A stretch of 64,000 nucleotides of DNA from Verrucomicrobiota bacterium (GCA_043755815.1 JAYUSF010000220.1:14361-78360); one strand, 5' to 3'; counted from the first letter of the stretch, positions 48,384 to 59,359 are shown. Translations and numbers: made by a program. Notes: generated by a model from the sequence alone, not told the origin.

Positions 48384-51300
48384 GCCTGCCCGCGTTCATT
48401 CATGATGCCGTGCTCGCTTGGATCTTGGCACCGGTCAGTCCGGTGGATCGCAACGCGCAGCGCCAGTTTTGCGGGCGACGATGTCAATGGGCGTTGGCTA
48501 TTCTGCTGCCTCTTGGGTTTCTCGGTTCTGCTGCTGCCGCCGCCCCGCTCACCACCCTCGAATACCGTATCACCGGCTCGGTGATGCGGGTGTCGCCGGC
48601 GGTGTTGTCGGTGCCCAAGGGCATTGCGGGGTCCGTGGCCGTCGAGATCGTCGGGGATGCGGCGACGGTGCGGGAGGCGTTCGTGTCGGCGACGCTGCGC
48701 GGACCGTCGTTTGAGGCGCGGGAAATTTTCGCGGCACCGGGGCAGCCATTGGTGCTGCCGCCGCTCAACGTCGTGGGCGACTACCAGCTCGCCAACGTCC
48801 GCCTGGTGGATTCGGCCACGCAGGCCACGCGGCTCGAAGGTTCGCCGTCGTCGGTGCCCGTGCATGTGTTCGACGAGGTGCTCGTGAGCCGGGTCACGTC
48901 GCGCCCGCTGACCGGCGACGAGATCAAGGAGAAGGGCATCTTCATTGATGAGCAGAACTTCCGCGTGACCGAGTTCGAGGTCGGCTTCGTGCTCGATGGA
49001 AAGACCATTCCGGTCCGGCTCCCCGTCGTCTCGCCGCGTGCGAACCAGACCACGGAAATCATTCCGGCCGCGGAACTCGAGGAACGCCTCAAGGCCGCCC
49101 AGCAGATCAATCAGGATCTGGCGGCGCAGCTCCAGTTGCCCGACGCGGTGAAGGTCGCCTCCATCGAGCTGCAGCCGGTCAACTTCCAGTTCACCGAAGA
49201 GACCGAGCAGGAACTGGGACTGAGCATCCCGCCCATCCCGGCGCTGCTCGTCATTCCCGGCAACATCGGCTTCCTGAACCAGTTCTTCTCCGTGCAGGTG
49301 TTCACCGAGAACGCCGCGCCCGCCGGCTCCGGACTGAGCGTGCTCAACGTGCAGGCGGAACTGGTGTTGCCGCCCGGCGACGACAAAATTCCCAGCCCTG
49401 ACTTCAACCAGCCCGGCGACGATCCGCTGCGCTTCGCGCGCATCGGCGCGGCCCAGCAGATTCGCCCGAGCCAGCCCATCGTCCGGCCCGGTGCTGACGG
49501 CAAACTCGGCACGCCGGACGACATCGGCCGGCTGACTCCCGGGGAAGGCGGGCAGGCGGAATTCCTCGTCGAAGGACTTCAGGAAGGACTGCACGTCATG
49601 AACCTCAAGCTCACGGCCGATCTTGAAGGTCTGGCCGCGGGCGTGATCCGCATCAACGGCAAGGCCGCCGGCTCCGTGCTCGTGCGGAATCCGAAGTTCT
49701 CGATCGCCTTCACGCACCCGCGCACCGTGCGCACGCAGGAACCCTACGACGCAAGCGTCACAATCCTGAACACCGGCAGCGGCGTGGCCAACTTCGTCCG
49801 CGTGACCCTGCCGGCCGCGGCGCTCAGCGGAGCGGCGCTGGAGAGCGATGCCACGGTGGAACTGGGGACGATCCCGCCAGGCCAGTCCGCGACGGCGCGC
49901 TGGAAGCTGCGGGCGCAGCGGACTGGCCAGATCACCTTCTCGAACCTCACGTTCGGCGAAGATGCGACCGCTGGCCGCTTCATCCTTTCGATGGGCGTGG
50001 ACGAAAACGGCGTGGCGCTCTCACCCGATTCGCTCGGCTTCCCCGACGACGTGGCGTTGCTGCCCGAGCGCGTCCGCAACGCGGCGGACCGCGTGCTCGG
50101 TCAGGCGCTCTCCGCGGCCACCGCGCCACTGCTGCCGGCGGGCGTGCTGCCGGTGAGCAAGGCGCACGTGAAGGACCGCGTGCTCGAACTGGCTGAAGCG
50201 GGGCAGCGTCTGCGCTACGGCGACGACACGAACCGCGTGCTGCTCGACCTGCTGCTCGACTGGCAGGGCGCGCGGCGCTTCACCGCGGGCTTCGACCAGA
50301 TTCTCCGCGAGAATGACGCCGGCACCGAATGGCGCGACGCGATCTTCGGCGAACTCCTGCTCGCCGACGGCCGCAATGTTCCGGACTTGCTGTCGGCCTT
50401 TGCGCCGGAACTGGCGGGCCGCACCGAGCCGATGCAACTGCTCGCCGACAACTTCGGCACCGACGTTGGCCGGGACTGGCTGACCACGGGACTCGTGACT
50501 CTGGCCGGCAGCGCGGTTCCCCGGACGCTCGGCTACGGGGAAACTTCCGGAGCCTTGTTCGTGCAGGAAGGTGAACTTGCGACCGGCACCAACGCCTGGC
50601 GCTTCACCAATCCGGTTCCGGCCGGCGTGGTGCGCCTGCTGCGGCTCGGCTCGACCGGCACGGGCTCTGAATTCTCCTGGCTCACGCCCGCACTCGACGC
50701 CGGCAGCCGCGCCGAGCTGGATTTTGCCAGTGAACCACCGGTGCTCCGGCTCGACCGCGATGGCGATGGCGTGCCCGACGAAACCCTCGCCGCGACACGC
50801 CGCGAGATTCTGGAAGCGGCCCCGCGCGTAATCGGAGTCATCCAGGATCCAACGGTGCTCGCCGGCCGTCCGGCCATTCCCTGCACGGGTGATCTCCGCG
50901 TGCTGAACTACGGCACCGTCATCGGCGTGCTGTTCTCGAAGCCGCTCACACAGGATTCGATCAACCGGCCCGCCGCCTACGTGCTCGACGACGGCAACAC
51001 GGCCAGCACCGTGCAAATCCAAGGCGGTGGGCGGCTCGCACTGCTCAACCTCCGCCGCGGCATCTCGGCGGTGCGCCCGCGCTCGCTCACCGTGCAGGGC
51101 GTGGCGGACGAGCGCGGCAACCTCATTGCCAGTGCGCCCCGGGCCATCCGGCACGAACTGCTGGGCAACTCCTTCGCCGACGGCATCGCCATCAACGGCC
51201 GCGTGCTGCGCGGCGACGGCTCGCCGGCCGTGGGCGTGCCGGTGACGCTGACGATGAATGACCAGGCCCTGGCCGGCGATTCCTGCGTCCCCCACATCTT

Positions 51301-54300
51301 CCGGCCCAGCCAGGTGTTCACGGATGCCAACGGCGACTTCACGTTCGACTTCGTCTTGGCCGGACCGAATTTCACGGTCAGTGCCACCGACACGGCGGGG
51401 CTTTCGTCCGAGGCCCTCGCGGTGCTGCTCAGTTCCGGGGACGACACCGCGCAGTTGCGCACGCGGCTGACCGAACTCGCCGAGCAGAATCAGGGCTCGA
51501 TCCTCGACGCCTTCGCCGCGGGCGCGCTGCCCGAGGCCATTGCCAAGGCCGAGGGGCTCGACCGCGCGCTCTTCCGCGACACCGCCTCACCCGGTCGAAC
51601 GGGCGGCACCAACTTCGTCGCGCTGCGTTTCCGCGGTCGCGGCACCGTGACCGGCACGGTCCTCGGCGCGGACGCCACGACCCCGGTGGCCGGGGCGGCG
51701 GTGAACCTGTTTCCCGATCCGAACTCGCGCGAGCTGGGTCGCGGCGTCTTCAGCGATTCGGGCGGTCGTTTCGCCTTCTTCGGCGTGCCGCTGGGTTCAT
51801 TCTCGGTGCAGGTGGACACGGGGGCCGGACTTACGCGCAGCGTGTCGGAGTCGCTGGCCACCCCGGGCGAGTTGAAGGATGTGCCGGTGGTCCTAAGCGC
51901 CGCGCCGGTGGCGCGCGGCAGCGTGGTCGGGCGGGTGACGGAGGCCGATCTGGCCACCGTGCATCCGGGCGCACAGGTCTTCGTGCTGGACAAAACGACC
52001 GTGCTGGCGACGGCCACGAGCGACGCCAACGGCGACTTCACGCTGGGCAATGTTCCGGTCGGTCTATGGACCCTGATCGCGATTTCGCAGGATGGACGGC
52101 GGGCAACCCCTGAAGGGTTCACCGTCACCGTGACTGCGGGCCAAGCCACGCGGGCGAACCTCGCGCTGCCGGGCTTCGCGTCGGTGGCGGGCCGCGTGCG
52201 CACCTCGTTTGGCGTGCCGATGGCCAACGCGCTGGTGGCGGGTGGCATCAACCTGGTGACCAGCGACGCCGATGGGCGCTTCCTGATTCCTGACGTGCCG
52301 ACGGGCCAGCGTTCGTTCATGGCGGCCGTCACGCCGGAGCGCAATCCGCTCGTCAAATTCCAGCGCACGGGCTCCGCCTCGCTGCTCGTGCTGCCGGGCA
52401 TCGTCAACGTGCTCGACATCGTGCTTGCTCCGGCGGGCGCGATTCAGGGAACCGTGCGCGACGAAGAGGGGCGGCCCGTGCCCAACGTCCGCGTGGCCCG
52501 GCCGGTGGATGATCCGTCGGGCTTTTTCTGGGTGGTGAGCGATGCCAACGGCTTCTACCGCTTCGAGAACATCGAGCCCGGGCCACACGTCATCAGCGCG
52601 CCGTCCGGGCCGGTGGACGACACGGACGTGAGCGGAGTTCTGAACACGCTCGGCAACGATCCGAACGAGGGGCAACTGGGTGCCGCGTTGCAGAAAGCCT
52701 TCGCGATCTTCACGGGTGCAAGCAATCCGCTGCTCAACGGCGAGGGCGGCAAGTTCCGGCCGGACAGTTGGGGTTACATCAACGCGGACGTGCGGTTCGA
52801 CGGCGATGTGGTGGTCCAGGACGTGCAGTTCTTCCGCAAGGGCACGGTCACCGGCCAGGTGCTCAACGGTCAGGACGTGCCGATCAGCGCAAAGGTCCGC
52901 CTCACCGGGCTGCTGCCCGCCAACAACGGCGCGCCGATGCTCCGCGTGCTGGGCGACCAGAACAGCGACCCGGCCACCGGTGAGTTTGCGTTTCCCGATT
53001 CCGTCTTCTTCGGTTCACCCGGCAAGCCACGCACCGGCCAGGTCACACCGGGCACGTTTGGTTTGCAGGCGGCCTCGCCGTTCTTCCCCGTCGTGCTGAG
53101 CGAAGGCGGGCTGCTCACCGAGTTGATCACGTCGGCGCACCGGATCATGAAGTTCCCGCCGCCGCGCGAAATCTCCGGCCAAATCGCCGGGCAGGTCTTC
53201 AATCCCGACGGTGGTCCCGCGGCGGAAGGTGTCCGCATTCTCGTCCCCGCCGGGCGACACATCCGGCCGGATCTCAGCCGGGGTTTCGTGCCCGAGGAAT
53301 CGCAGACCGGTAAAACCTACAGCCAGCAGGTCGGGGCCCTGATCACGGCGGGCGTCAAGGCGGTGCCGCCGAACTTCCCGCCCACGGTGAAGATTCCCGC
53401 CGGGGAGCAATACGACGTGGTGGCGTTCGATCCCACGACCGGGCTGCTCGGCTTCTCGAAGGTGTTCGTCAACGCCGGTGAGACCAACAACGTGGTGGTG
53501 CGGCTGCTCGGCAAGGGCGGTGCGCGCGTGCTGGTGGTGTTTGCCGACGGTTCGCCGGCGGCGGGCGCGGACGTGATCCTGGAAGGCTCCGCGTTTCCCT
53601 TCGGCGAATTCACGGGCCGCAGCGACGCGGCGGGCCTGGTCGAGTTAAGCAATCTCACGGAGAACGACTACGCGGTCCGGGCGACGACGCAGGTGGGGGC
53701 CGTGCAGATCAGCGGCCGTGCGGCAGTGCGGGTGCCGCGGGCCGGCGTGGGCGAGGCGACGGTGAGGCTCCAGCCCACGGCCAGCATCGCGGGCCGCTTT
53801 GTGCGGCGCGACCTGACCACTCCGATCGTCGGCGCGCAGATCAACGTGGGTGGCATCGCCTTTGCCGGCACGGATGGGGACGGCGCGTTTCTCGTCACGG
53901 GCCTGCCGCTCGGCACTTATCGCGTGACCAGCAGCGATCCAGTGAGCGGCGTGGGCGCGCTCGCGAACGTCACCCTCGCGGTGAACGGCGAGACGAACCG
54001 GCTGACGCTGATCGAGCAGGCGCTGGGTGAGATTACCGGCCGCGTGCTCGACAGTTTCGGCACGGGCGTGGTGCCCGGGGCCGAGGTTACCATCCGTTTT
54101 GATGACGGGCTGAATCCGGAGCGCACGGTCACCACCGATCCCACGGGCCGGTTCCGTTTCCCGGCGTCGCCGGCCGGCGGCTTCCAGATTTCCGCGCGTG
54201 ATCCGCAGTCACCCGGGCTCAACGCTTCCCGCAACGGCACCTTGCCCGACAACGTCGCCACGCTGGATTTCGACGTTGCGTTGACGCCGCTCGGCAACGT

Positions 54301-57300
54301 GCTGGTGCGCGTGCGGCAGCCGGACGGTTTGCCCGCAGTCGGGGCTCTGGTCACGGTTCCGGGTGCCGGCGAACGGCCGGCGGAAGCGGACGGCTCGGTT
54401 CGCTTCGCGGGGTTGCCACTGGGAACCCGCCGGATCATCGCGCGGGACGGATTGTTGGAACGATCACGGAGTGTCGCCCAGGGCGATGCCCAGCTCACCA
54501 CGGCGGGCCAGACGGCGGAGGTTGAACTCACGTTGAGCGGTGTGGGCGAGATCTCCGGCCGCGCCTTCCAGAGCGACGGCACGACGCCCGTGCCAGCGGG
54601 GTCCATCGTCACGCTGCTGGGCTCGCGCCTCGTGGAAGAACCGCCGCCTGCCAACGCGCAGACCGGCTCCGACGGAAACTTCCGCTTCGGCAACGTGGGC
54701 CTGGGTGACAACCGGCTGACACTCAAGAGCGGAGGCCTGTCCGCGTCCGCGACGGTCCGCCTCGTCAGCAACGGCCAGTCCGTCACGCAGGATCTCGAAC
54801 TCGTCGCGAGCGGCAGTGTCATCGGGCGCGTGCTGCGGGCCGACGGTTTGCCGGCGGCCGACGTGGGGGTCGTCGTCCAGTTCGGCAATCGCGGCGGCAC
54901 GACGGATCGGGCAGCGGGCTTCACCGGAGTTGACGGACGGTTCCGGTTTGAGGATGTGCCGCTCGGGCTTGCACTGCCGGTGGAAGCCGTCGCGGTGAAC
55001 TTCGACGGATTCGCCCGCTCCGAGTTTAGCCTGACGCTGAACGGCCAGGAAGCGGACCTCGGCGACCTCACGCTCGATGAGTCGCCGCCGGCCGTGGTGC
55101 GCAGCGTGCCGGCCGCGGGCGAGCTGGAAGTTTCCACGACTGCGCCGATTGACCTGATCTTCTCCGAGGCGATTGACCCGGTCTCGATTGACGACGGCGG
55201 CATCTTCCTCCGCCGCGACACCGACGCGATTCCGATCACCGTGACGTTGCTCGACGCGCCGGAAGGTGCCGGCCGCCGTCTGCGAATCACACCCGTGCAG
55301 CCGCTGCGCTCGCAGCAGCTTTACACGGTGCTGATGGTGTCGGAACTGCCGGGCGCGACCGGGGGCAGCGCGTTTGGTCCGCGCGACCTTGCGGGCCGGC
55401 TGCTGGCGCGCTCGTTCACGCTCAGCTTCACGACCGCGGACAACAATCCACCGGTGTTGCTGTCCAGCTTCCCGGCCGCCGGTGAAACGCAGGTGGACCC
55501 GCGCTCAGTGCTCCGGTTCGCCTTCAACGAAACGCTGCGACCCGGCGCGGCGGTGACGCTCGCCGGACCGGTGGGCCCCATCACGGGAACCAGCGACCTC
55601 GTCTTCGGCGGGCAGGCGGTCACGTTCACGCCGCTGGCGGCGCTGCCGCTCAACGCCCGGTTCACCGCGACGCTGAACGGCGTGCTCGACCTCGCGGGCA
55701 ACGCCGCGGCGGGCCAGCCGCTCACACTCACCTTCAACACGCTCGACACGCTCGGGCCGGAAATCGCGACGTTGCGGATCGGTGGCGGCGTGGCCCCAGT
55801 AGCGGGGCGCACCATCGAGGTCGAGGCCGTGCCGGCCGCAGTGGAGGCGGGCATGCGGGTGCGGTTCGTCCGCGACCTCACCTCGGTGTTGGGCACCGAT
55901 AGCAGTTCACCCTTCCGCGTTTCGCTCACCCTGCCGGAATCCGGCGGCGTGCGGGTGGACGCGATTGCCAGTGACCGGTTCAACAACGAGGGCACTGCCG
56001 CGGTGCTGGAGATCAACACGGTGGCGAACGAAGCGCCGGTCGTGGAACTGGTGCGCTTGGAACCCGTGACTGGGCCGGCCCCGGCGGGCTCGACGCTGCG
56101 GCTGCGGGTTTCGGCCACTGACGACGTGCAGGTGACCAACCTCACCGTGGTCGTGAGTGGTTTCGCCAGCTTCACCAGCACCTTCGCGAACGGCGCGCAG
56201 CGTGAGATCAGCGTGCCGATTCCAGTGGAGTTGCCCGACGACGCGAGCGTCACCTTCACGGCGACGGCGCGTGACTTCCGCGGTGTGGAGTCCGCGCCGG
56301 TGGTGGTGGAAGTGCCGCTGATCCGGCGGCCGTTGCCGCTGCTCAGCGTCGTAACCAACGAGCTCGAACTGCCCGAGACGCTCGTGACCAATCTCGTCGT
56401 GACCGCCACGCATGCGGATGGCGGTCTGGCCCAGTTGGAACTTCTGGGAGCCAACTTCGCGACGCTGGTGTGGACGAACAACGGCACGACCAATCTCACC
56501 TTCACTCCGGCCATCGGCGAAACGAATGCCGTGCTCCAAGTGGCGGCAGTGACGGCGGGCACCAACGAATTTGCGATCCGCGCCACGGCGACCAACGGCC
56601 TCACCGCCACGCTGTTCGTGCGCATCATCGGCCTCGCCGACCTGGATCGTGACGGCACTCCTGACCGCATTGACACCGACCTCGACGGCGACGGACTCCC
56701 CAACGACCGCGAGGTCACGCTTGGCACCGATCCGCGCAAGCCCGACACGGATGGCGACACGTTGACAGACGGCGCGGAAGTCGCCGCCGGGACCGATCCC
56801 ACCAAGGCCGACACGGACGACGACGGGCTCGCTGACAATGTGGATCCGCGTCCGACCGAACCGAATCTCGCCCCGGTCGCCGGGAACGACACGCTGCTCG
56901 CGCGCCGCGACGGCTCGGTGGAGTTCGCGAAGGCGACGCTGCTGGCCAACGACAGCGACCCGGAGAACGAGGGGGTCGCGTTCGTCAGCTTCACCGCCCC
57001 GGCGAACGGCACGCTCATCGAAGTCTCCCCGACCGGGCTGCGCTACACGCCCACGCCGGACTTCAGCGGTGACGACGCCTTCACCTACACCGTGCGCGAT
57101 CCGCTCGGACTGACCGCAACGGCAACGGTCGCCGTGTCGGTCGCCGCCAACCGTCCGCCGGTGGCGACGCCGGCCGAGTTCAGCCTCACGCAAGGCGGTG
57201 CGGAATTCTTCCTGCCGACGGGCACTGACCCGGATGGCGATGCGCTGACCTTGGCGATCACCCGCCTGCCGACGCACGGCAAGCTCTTCCAAGTCACGGG

Positions 57301-59359
57301 CACCTTGAGTCCGCAACGGGGCGACGAAATCACCGCGGTGCCGGCGACCGTCAGCAACCCGGTCCACGGTGTGCAGTATGTGCCGGAACCGGTCTTCTTC
57401 GGCAGCGACACCTTTGCGTTCCGGGTCAATGACGGCGAACTGGATTCCGCCCCGGGCGAGGTGCGCGTCACCGTGACGGAAGACCCGTTGGCGGACACCG
57501 ACGGCGATGGCATCCCGAACCGCTACGAGCTGGCCAACGGCCTTGATCCGCTCGTGAACGATGCGGGCGGCGACCTTGACGGTGATCTGCTCACGAACTT
57601 CCGCGAGTTCGAACTGGGCACGGCCGCCAACGACGCCGACACCGACGATGACGGTCTGTCCGACGCCTTCGACCCGCGGCCGCTGGTTTCCGATGCCACG
57701 GCGATTTCCGGTCTGTTTGATACCGGCACGGACGCTGTGCGGTCGCCGCTGCCCGACAGTTCGGCCGAGCCGCACTATTTCTTCCTCGCGAATCCCGATG
57801 GTCCGGCCACCACGCCGGTCGTCCATCGCGGCGACATTTTCCCCATCGCGTCCGGCCCGTGGCTGGCCAACTCGGACCGTTCAAAATGGATTGCGCCGCG
57901 TCCGGACACCGGATCGGCGGCGACGGGCAGCTACCGGTATGTGCTGGAGTTCGTGCTGCCGGAGTTCGTGCCCGGCACCGTGACCGTGGAAGGCCGCTGG
58001 GCGAGCGACAATGCGGGCGTGCTGCTGGTGAACGACACCCATCCGGCAGGCGTGGATTCCGCGTCGTTCACCGGGTTCACCCCCTTTCGCCTGACGAGCG
58101 GCTTCGTCGTGGGCGTGAACCGGATTGAGTTTCGCGTGGACAATGGCGGCGGTCCGACCGGGTTGCTGGTGGACGGGCTGGTGGGGCGTTTCGTGCCCCT
58201 TTCGCTCCTCGCCGGCCGGGACGCCGACGGCGATGGGCTGCCCGACCTTTATGAACTGGCCAACGGTCTGAACCCGCAGGTTGCCGATGCCGACGGTGAT
58301 CTCGACGGCGACACGCTCACGAACCGCGGCGAGTTTGACCTGGGCACCGCGCCCAACCGGGCCGACACGGACAACGACGGCTTGCGTGATGACGCGGAAA
58401 TCGCGGCTACCACAAACCCGCTGAACCCCGACACCGACGGCGACGGGATTCTCGACGGCCAGGATCCCAATCCGTTGCAGTCCGACGCGGACCTCGACGG
58501 CGATGGCATCGCCGACGTGCTGGATGACGACATGGATGGCGACGGGCTGGACAACGAGGACGAGTTGACCGGCAAATTGGGCGTCGTCACCGATCCCCGC
58601 CGCCGGGATACGGACGGCGACCGCTGGCCCGATGGTCTCGAGGTCGAGGCCGGCTCCAATCCGCTCAGCGCTGCCTCCGTGCCGGAACTGTTCCAGGTCG
58701 GTGAACCCGCGGTTGGGATTGTCCTGCCCGTGGTGCCGGCGAGCGCAATCAATGGTGGCGGCCTCACGGTGTCGTTCCCGGAGGCCAGCGTGGTGCTGGC
58801 GGTGACTCCGGCGACGGCGCTGAATGGCAGCGGCTTCACGGTCTCATTCCCGGAGGTGTCGCTGGTGCTGCCGGTGACGCCGGCCACGGCGTTGAACGGC
58901 AGTGGCTTCACGGTCTCGTTCCCCGAGGCGTCGCTGGTGCTGCCAGTGACGCCGGCCTCGGCACTGAGCGGCAGCGGCTTCACGGTGGGCTACCCTGAGG
59001 TTTTCCTCCGCTTGGAGGTGCCGGTGACGCCGCCGAATCCGGACGGGGGCGGCGGCGGTTCCCCGAGTGGTGGAGTTGGCAGTGGCGGAACGGATGTCCT
59101 TTCGCTGCGGCTTGTTGAAATCCAACTGCCTTCCGCGGCTGCCCGCAGCGGTGCCCAGTTGGCCGCGGTGCCCCACTGGTGGGTGTTGCTGGAATGGCAG
59201 GGCTCGGCCGACGCGCGCTACGTCATCGAGGCCAGCCCCAACCTCACCGAATGGACCCCGGTGCCGGCCGAGTCGCTGTCCGCAGCGGACGGCTCATTCC
59301 GAGCCCGCTGCGAGACGGCCCAGGCGGCGGCCTTCTATCGCGTGCGCCAGTTGCCGTGA
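48380..59359 (+). CDS. giant secreted multidomain protein 2 (3,659 aa): CARDB-like domain, about a dozen CarboxypepD_reg-like units, Ig-like domains, TSP3-type Ca-binding repeats, cadherin-like domains, 24-aa tandem repeats, FYRV terminal module
   Basis: ATG 48380 overlaps the stop of giant 1 (ATGA 48380-48383). An alternative in-frame GTG at 48443 gives a more conventional signal, (M)DRNAQRQFCGRRCQWALAILLPLGFLGSAAAAAP. Repeated units have the form G.V.G.V....G.P..GA.V......TDA.G.F.F..VP.G.Y.V (I counted at least 13 by eye). D-rich TSP3-like runs are DTDLDGDGLPNDRE..DPRKPDTDGDTLTDG..DPTKADTDDDGLAD. Cadherin-like blocks are LLANDSDPENEG...FTYTVRDPLGLTATATVAVSV. The tail is ...RYVIEASPNLTEWTPV...AFYRVRQLP. 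Confidence 0.9.
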   Translation: MSLPAFIHDAVLAWILAPVSPVDRNAQRQFCGRRCQWALAILLPLGFLGSAAAAAPLTTLEYRITGSVMRVSPAVLSVPKGIAGSVAVEIVGDAATVREAFVSATLRGPSFEAREIFAAPGQPLVLPPLNVVGDYQLANVRLVDSATQATRLEGSPSSVPVHVFDEVLVSRVTSRPLTGDEIKEKGIFIDEQNFRVTEFEVGFVLDGKTIPVRLPVVSPRANQTTEIIPAAELEERLKAAQQINQDLAAQLQLPDAVKVASIELQPVNFQFTEETEQELGLSIPPIPALLVIPGNIGFLNQFFSVQVFTENAAPAGSGLSVLNVQAELVLPPGDDKIPSPDFNQPGDDPLRFARIGAAQQIRPSQPIVRPGADGKLGTPDDIGRLTPGEGGQAEFLVEGLQEGLHVMNLKLTADLEGLAAGVIRINGKAAGSVLVRNPKFSIAFTHPRTVRTQEPYDASVTILNTGSGVANFVRVTLPAAALSGAALESDATVELGTIPPGQSATARWKLRAQRTGQITFSNLTFGEDATAGRFILSMGVDENGVALSPDSLGFPDDVALLPERVRNAADRVLGQALSAATAPLLPAGVLPVSKAHVKDRVLELAEAGQRLRYGDDTNRVLLDLLLDWQGARRFTAGFDQILRENDAGTEWRDAIFGELLLADGRNVPDLLSAFAPELAGRTEPMQLLADNFGTDVGRDWLTTGLVTLAGSAVPRTLGYGETSGALFVQEGELATGTNAWRFTNPVPAGVVRLLRLGSTGTGSEFSWLTPALDAGSRAELDFASEPPVLRLDRDGDGVPDETLAATRREILEAAPRVIGVIQDPTVLAGRPAIPCTGDLRVLNYGTVIGVLFSKPLTQDSINRPAAYVLDDGNTASTVQIQGGGRLALLNLRRGISAVRPRSLTVQGVADERGNLIASAPRAIRHELLGNSFADGIAINGRVLRGDGSPAVGVPVTLTMNDQALAGDSCVPHIFRPSQVFTDANGDFTFDFVLAGPNFTVSATDTAGLSSEALAVLLSSGDDTAQLRTRLTELAEQNQGSILDAFAAGALPEAIAKAEGLDRALFRDTASPGRTGGTNFVALRFRGRGTVTGTVLGADATTPVAGAAVNLFPDPNSRELGRGVFSDSGGRFAFFGVPLGSFSVQVDTGAGLTRSVSESLATPGELKDVPVVLSAAPVARGSVVGRVTEADLATVHPGAQVFVLDKTTVLATATSDANGDFTLGNVPVGLWTLIAISQDGRRATPEGFTVTVTAGQATRANLALPGFASVAGRVRTSFGVPMANALVAGGINLVTSDADGRFLIPDVPTGQRSFMAAVTPERNPLVKFQRTGSASLLVLPGIVNVLDIVLAPAGAIQGTVRDEEGRPVPNVRVARPVDDPSGFFWVVSDANGFYRFENIEPGPHVISAPSGPVDDTDVSGVLNTLGNDPNEGQLGAALQKAFAIFTGASNPLLNGEGGKFRPDSWGYINADVRFDGDVVVQDVQFFRKGTVTGQVLNGQDVPISAKVRLTGLLPANNGAPMLRVLGDQNSDPATGEFAFPDSVFFGSPGKPRTGQVTPGTFGLQAASPFFPVVLSEGGLLTELITSAHRIMKFPPPREISGQIAGQVFNPDGGPAAEGVRILVPAGRHIRPDLSRGFVPEESQTGKTYSQQVGALITAGVKAVPPNFPPTVKIPAGEQYDVVAFDPTTGLLGFSKVFVNAGETNNVVVRLLGKGGARVLVVFADGSPAAGADVILEGSAFPFGEFTGRSDAAGLVELSNLTENDYAVRATTQVGAVQISGRAAVRVPRAGVGEATVRLQPTASIAGRFVRRDLTTPIVGAQINVGGIAFAGTDGDGAFLVTGLPLGTYRVTSSDPVSGVGALANVTLAVNGETNRLTLIEQALGEITGRVLDSFGTGVVPGAEVTIRFDDGLNPERTVTTDPTGRFRFPASPAGGFQISARDPQSPGLNASRNGTLPDNVATLDFDVALTPLGNVLVRVRQPDGLPAVGALVTVPGAGERPAEADGSVRFAGLPLGTRRIIARDGLLERSRSVAQGDAQLTTAGQTAEVELTLSGVGEISGRAFQSDGTTPVPAGSIVTLLGSRLVEEPPPANAQTGSDGNFRFGNVGLGDNRLTLKSGGLSASATVRLVSNGQSVTQDLELVASGSVIGRVLRADGLPAADVGVVVQFGNRGGTTDRAAGFTGVDGRFRFEDVPLGLALPVEAVAVNFDGFARSEFSLTLNGQEADLGDLTLDESPPAVVRSVPAAGELEVSTTAPIDLIFSEAIDPVSIDDGGIFLRRDTDAIPITVTLLDAPEGAGRRLRITPVQPLRSQQLYTVLMVSELPGATGGSAFGPRDLAGRLLARSFTLSFTTADNNPPVLLSSFPAAGETQVDPRSVLRFAFNETLRPGAAVTLAGPVGPITGTSDLVFGGQAVTFTPLAALPLNARFTATLNGVLDLAGNAAAGQPLTLTFNTLDTLGPEIATLRIGGGVAPVAGRTIEVEAVPAAVEAGMRVRFVRDLTSVLGTDSSSPFRVSLTLPESGGVRVDAIASDRFNNEGTAAVLEINTVANEAPVVELVRLEPVTGPAPAGSTLRLRVSATDDVQVTNLTVVVSGFASFTSTFANGAQREISVPIPVELPDDASVTFTATARDFRGVESAPVVVEVPLIRRPLPLLSVVTNELELPETLVTNLVVTATHADGGLAQLELLGANFATLVWTNNGTTNLTFTPAIGETNAVLQVAAVTAGTNEFAIRATATNGLTATLFVRIIGLADLDRDGTPDRIDTDLDGDGLPNDREVTLGTDPRKPDTDGDTLTDGAEVAAGTDPTKADTDDDGLADNVDPRPTEPNLAPVAGNDTLLARRDGSVEFAKATLLANDSDPENEGVAFVSFTAPANGTLIEVSPTGLRYTPTPDFSGDDAFTYTVRDPLGLTATATVAVSVAANRPPVATPAEFSLTQGGAEFFLPTGTDPDGDALTLAITRLPTHGKLFQVTGTLSPQRGDEITAVPATVSNPVHGVQYVPEPVFFGSDTFAFRVNDGELDSAPGEVRVTVTEDPLADTDGDGIPNRYELANGLDPLVNDAGGDLDGDLLTNFREFELGTAANDADTDDDGLSDAFDPRPLVSDATAISGLFDTGTDAVRSPLPDSSAEPHYFFLANPDGPATTPVVHRGDIFPIASGPWLANSDRSKWIAPRPDTGSAATGSYRYVLEFVLPEFVPGTVTVEGRWASDNAGVLLVNDTHPAGVDSASFTGFTPFRLTSGFVVGVNRIEFRVDNGGGPTGLLVDGLVGRFVPLSLLAGRDADGDGLPDLYELANGLNPQVADADGDLDGDTLTNRGEFDLGTAPNRADTDNDGLRDDAEIAATTNPLNPDTDGDGILDGQDPNPLQSDADLDGDGIADVLDDDMDGDGLDNEDELTGKLGVVTDPRRRDTDGDRWPDGLEVEAGSNPLSAASVPELFQVGEPAVGIVLPVVPASAINGGGLTVSFPEASVVLAVTPATALNGSGFTVSFPEVSLVLPVTPATALNGSGFTVSFPEASLVLPVTPASALSGSGFTVGYPEVFLRLEVPVTPPNPDGGGGGSPSGGVGSGGTDVLSLRLVEIQLPSAAARSGAQLAAVPHWWVLLEWQGSADARYVIEASPNLTEWTPVPAESLSAADGSFRARCETAQAAAFYRVRQLP
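58718..59005 (+). repeat. 72-bp (24-aa) coding tandem repeat, about 4 copies, near the C-terminus of giant protein 2
   Basis: The units are VLPVVPASAINGGGLTVSFPEASV / VLAVTPATALNGSGFTVSFPEVSL / VLPVTPATALNGSGFTVSFPEASL / VLPVTPASALSGSGFTVGYPEVFL. The equivalent Glu codons at 58781 and 58853 are exactly 72 nt apart. Confidence 0.9.

Noticed and set aside
58718-59005. Regularly spaced 72-bp repeats, considered as a possible CRISPR-like array.
   Set aside because: The repeats are directly adjacent with no unique spacers, lie in frame inside a 3,659-aa CDS and encode a 24-aa peptide repeat. No cas genes are in the window.
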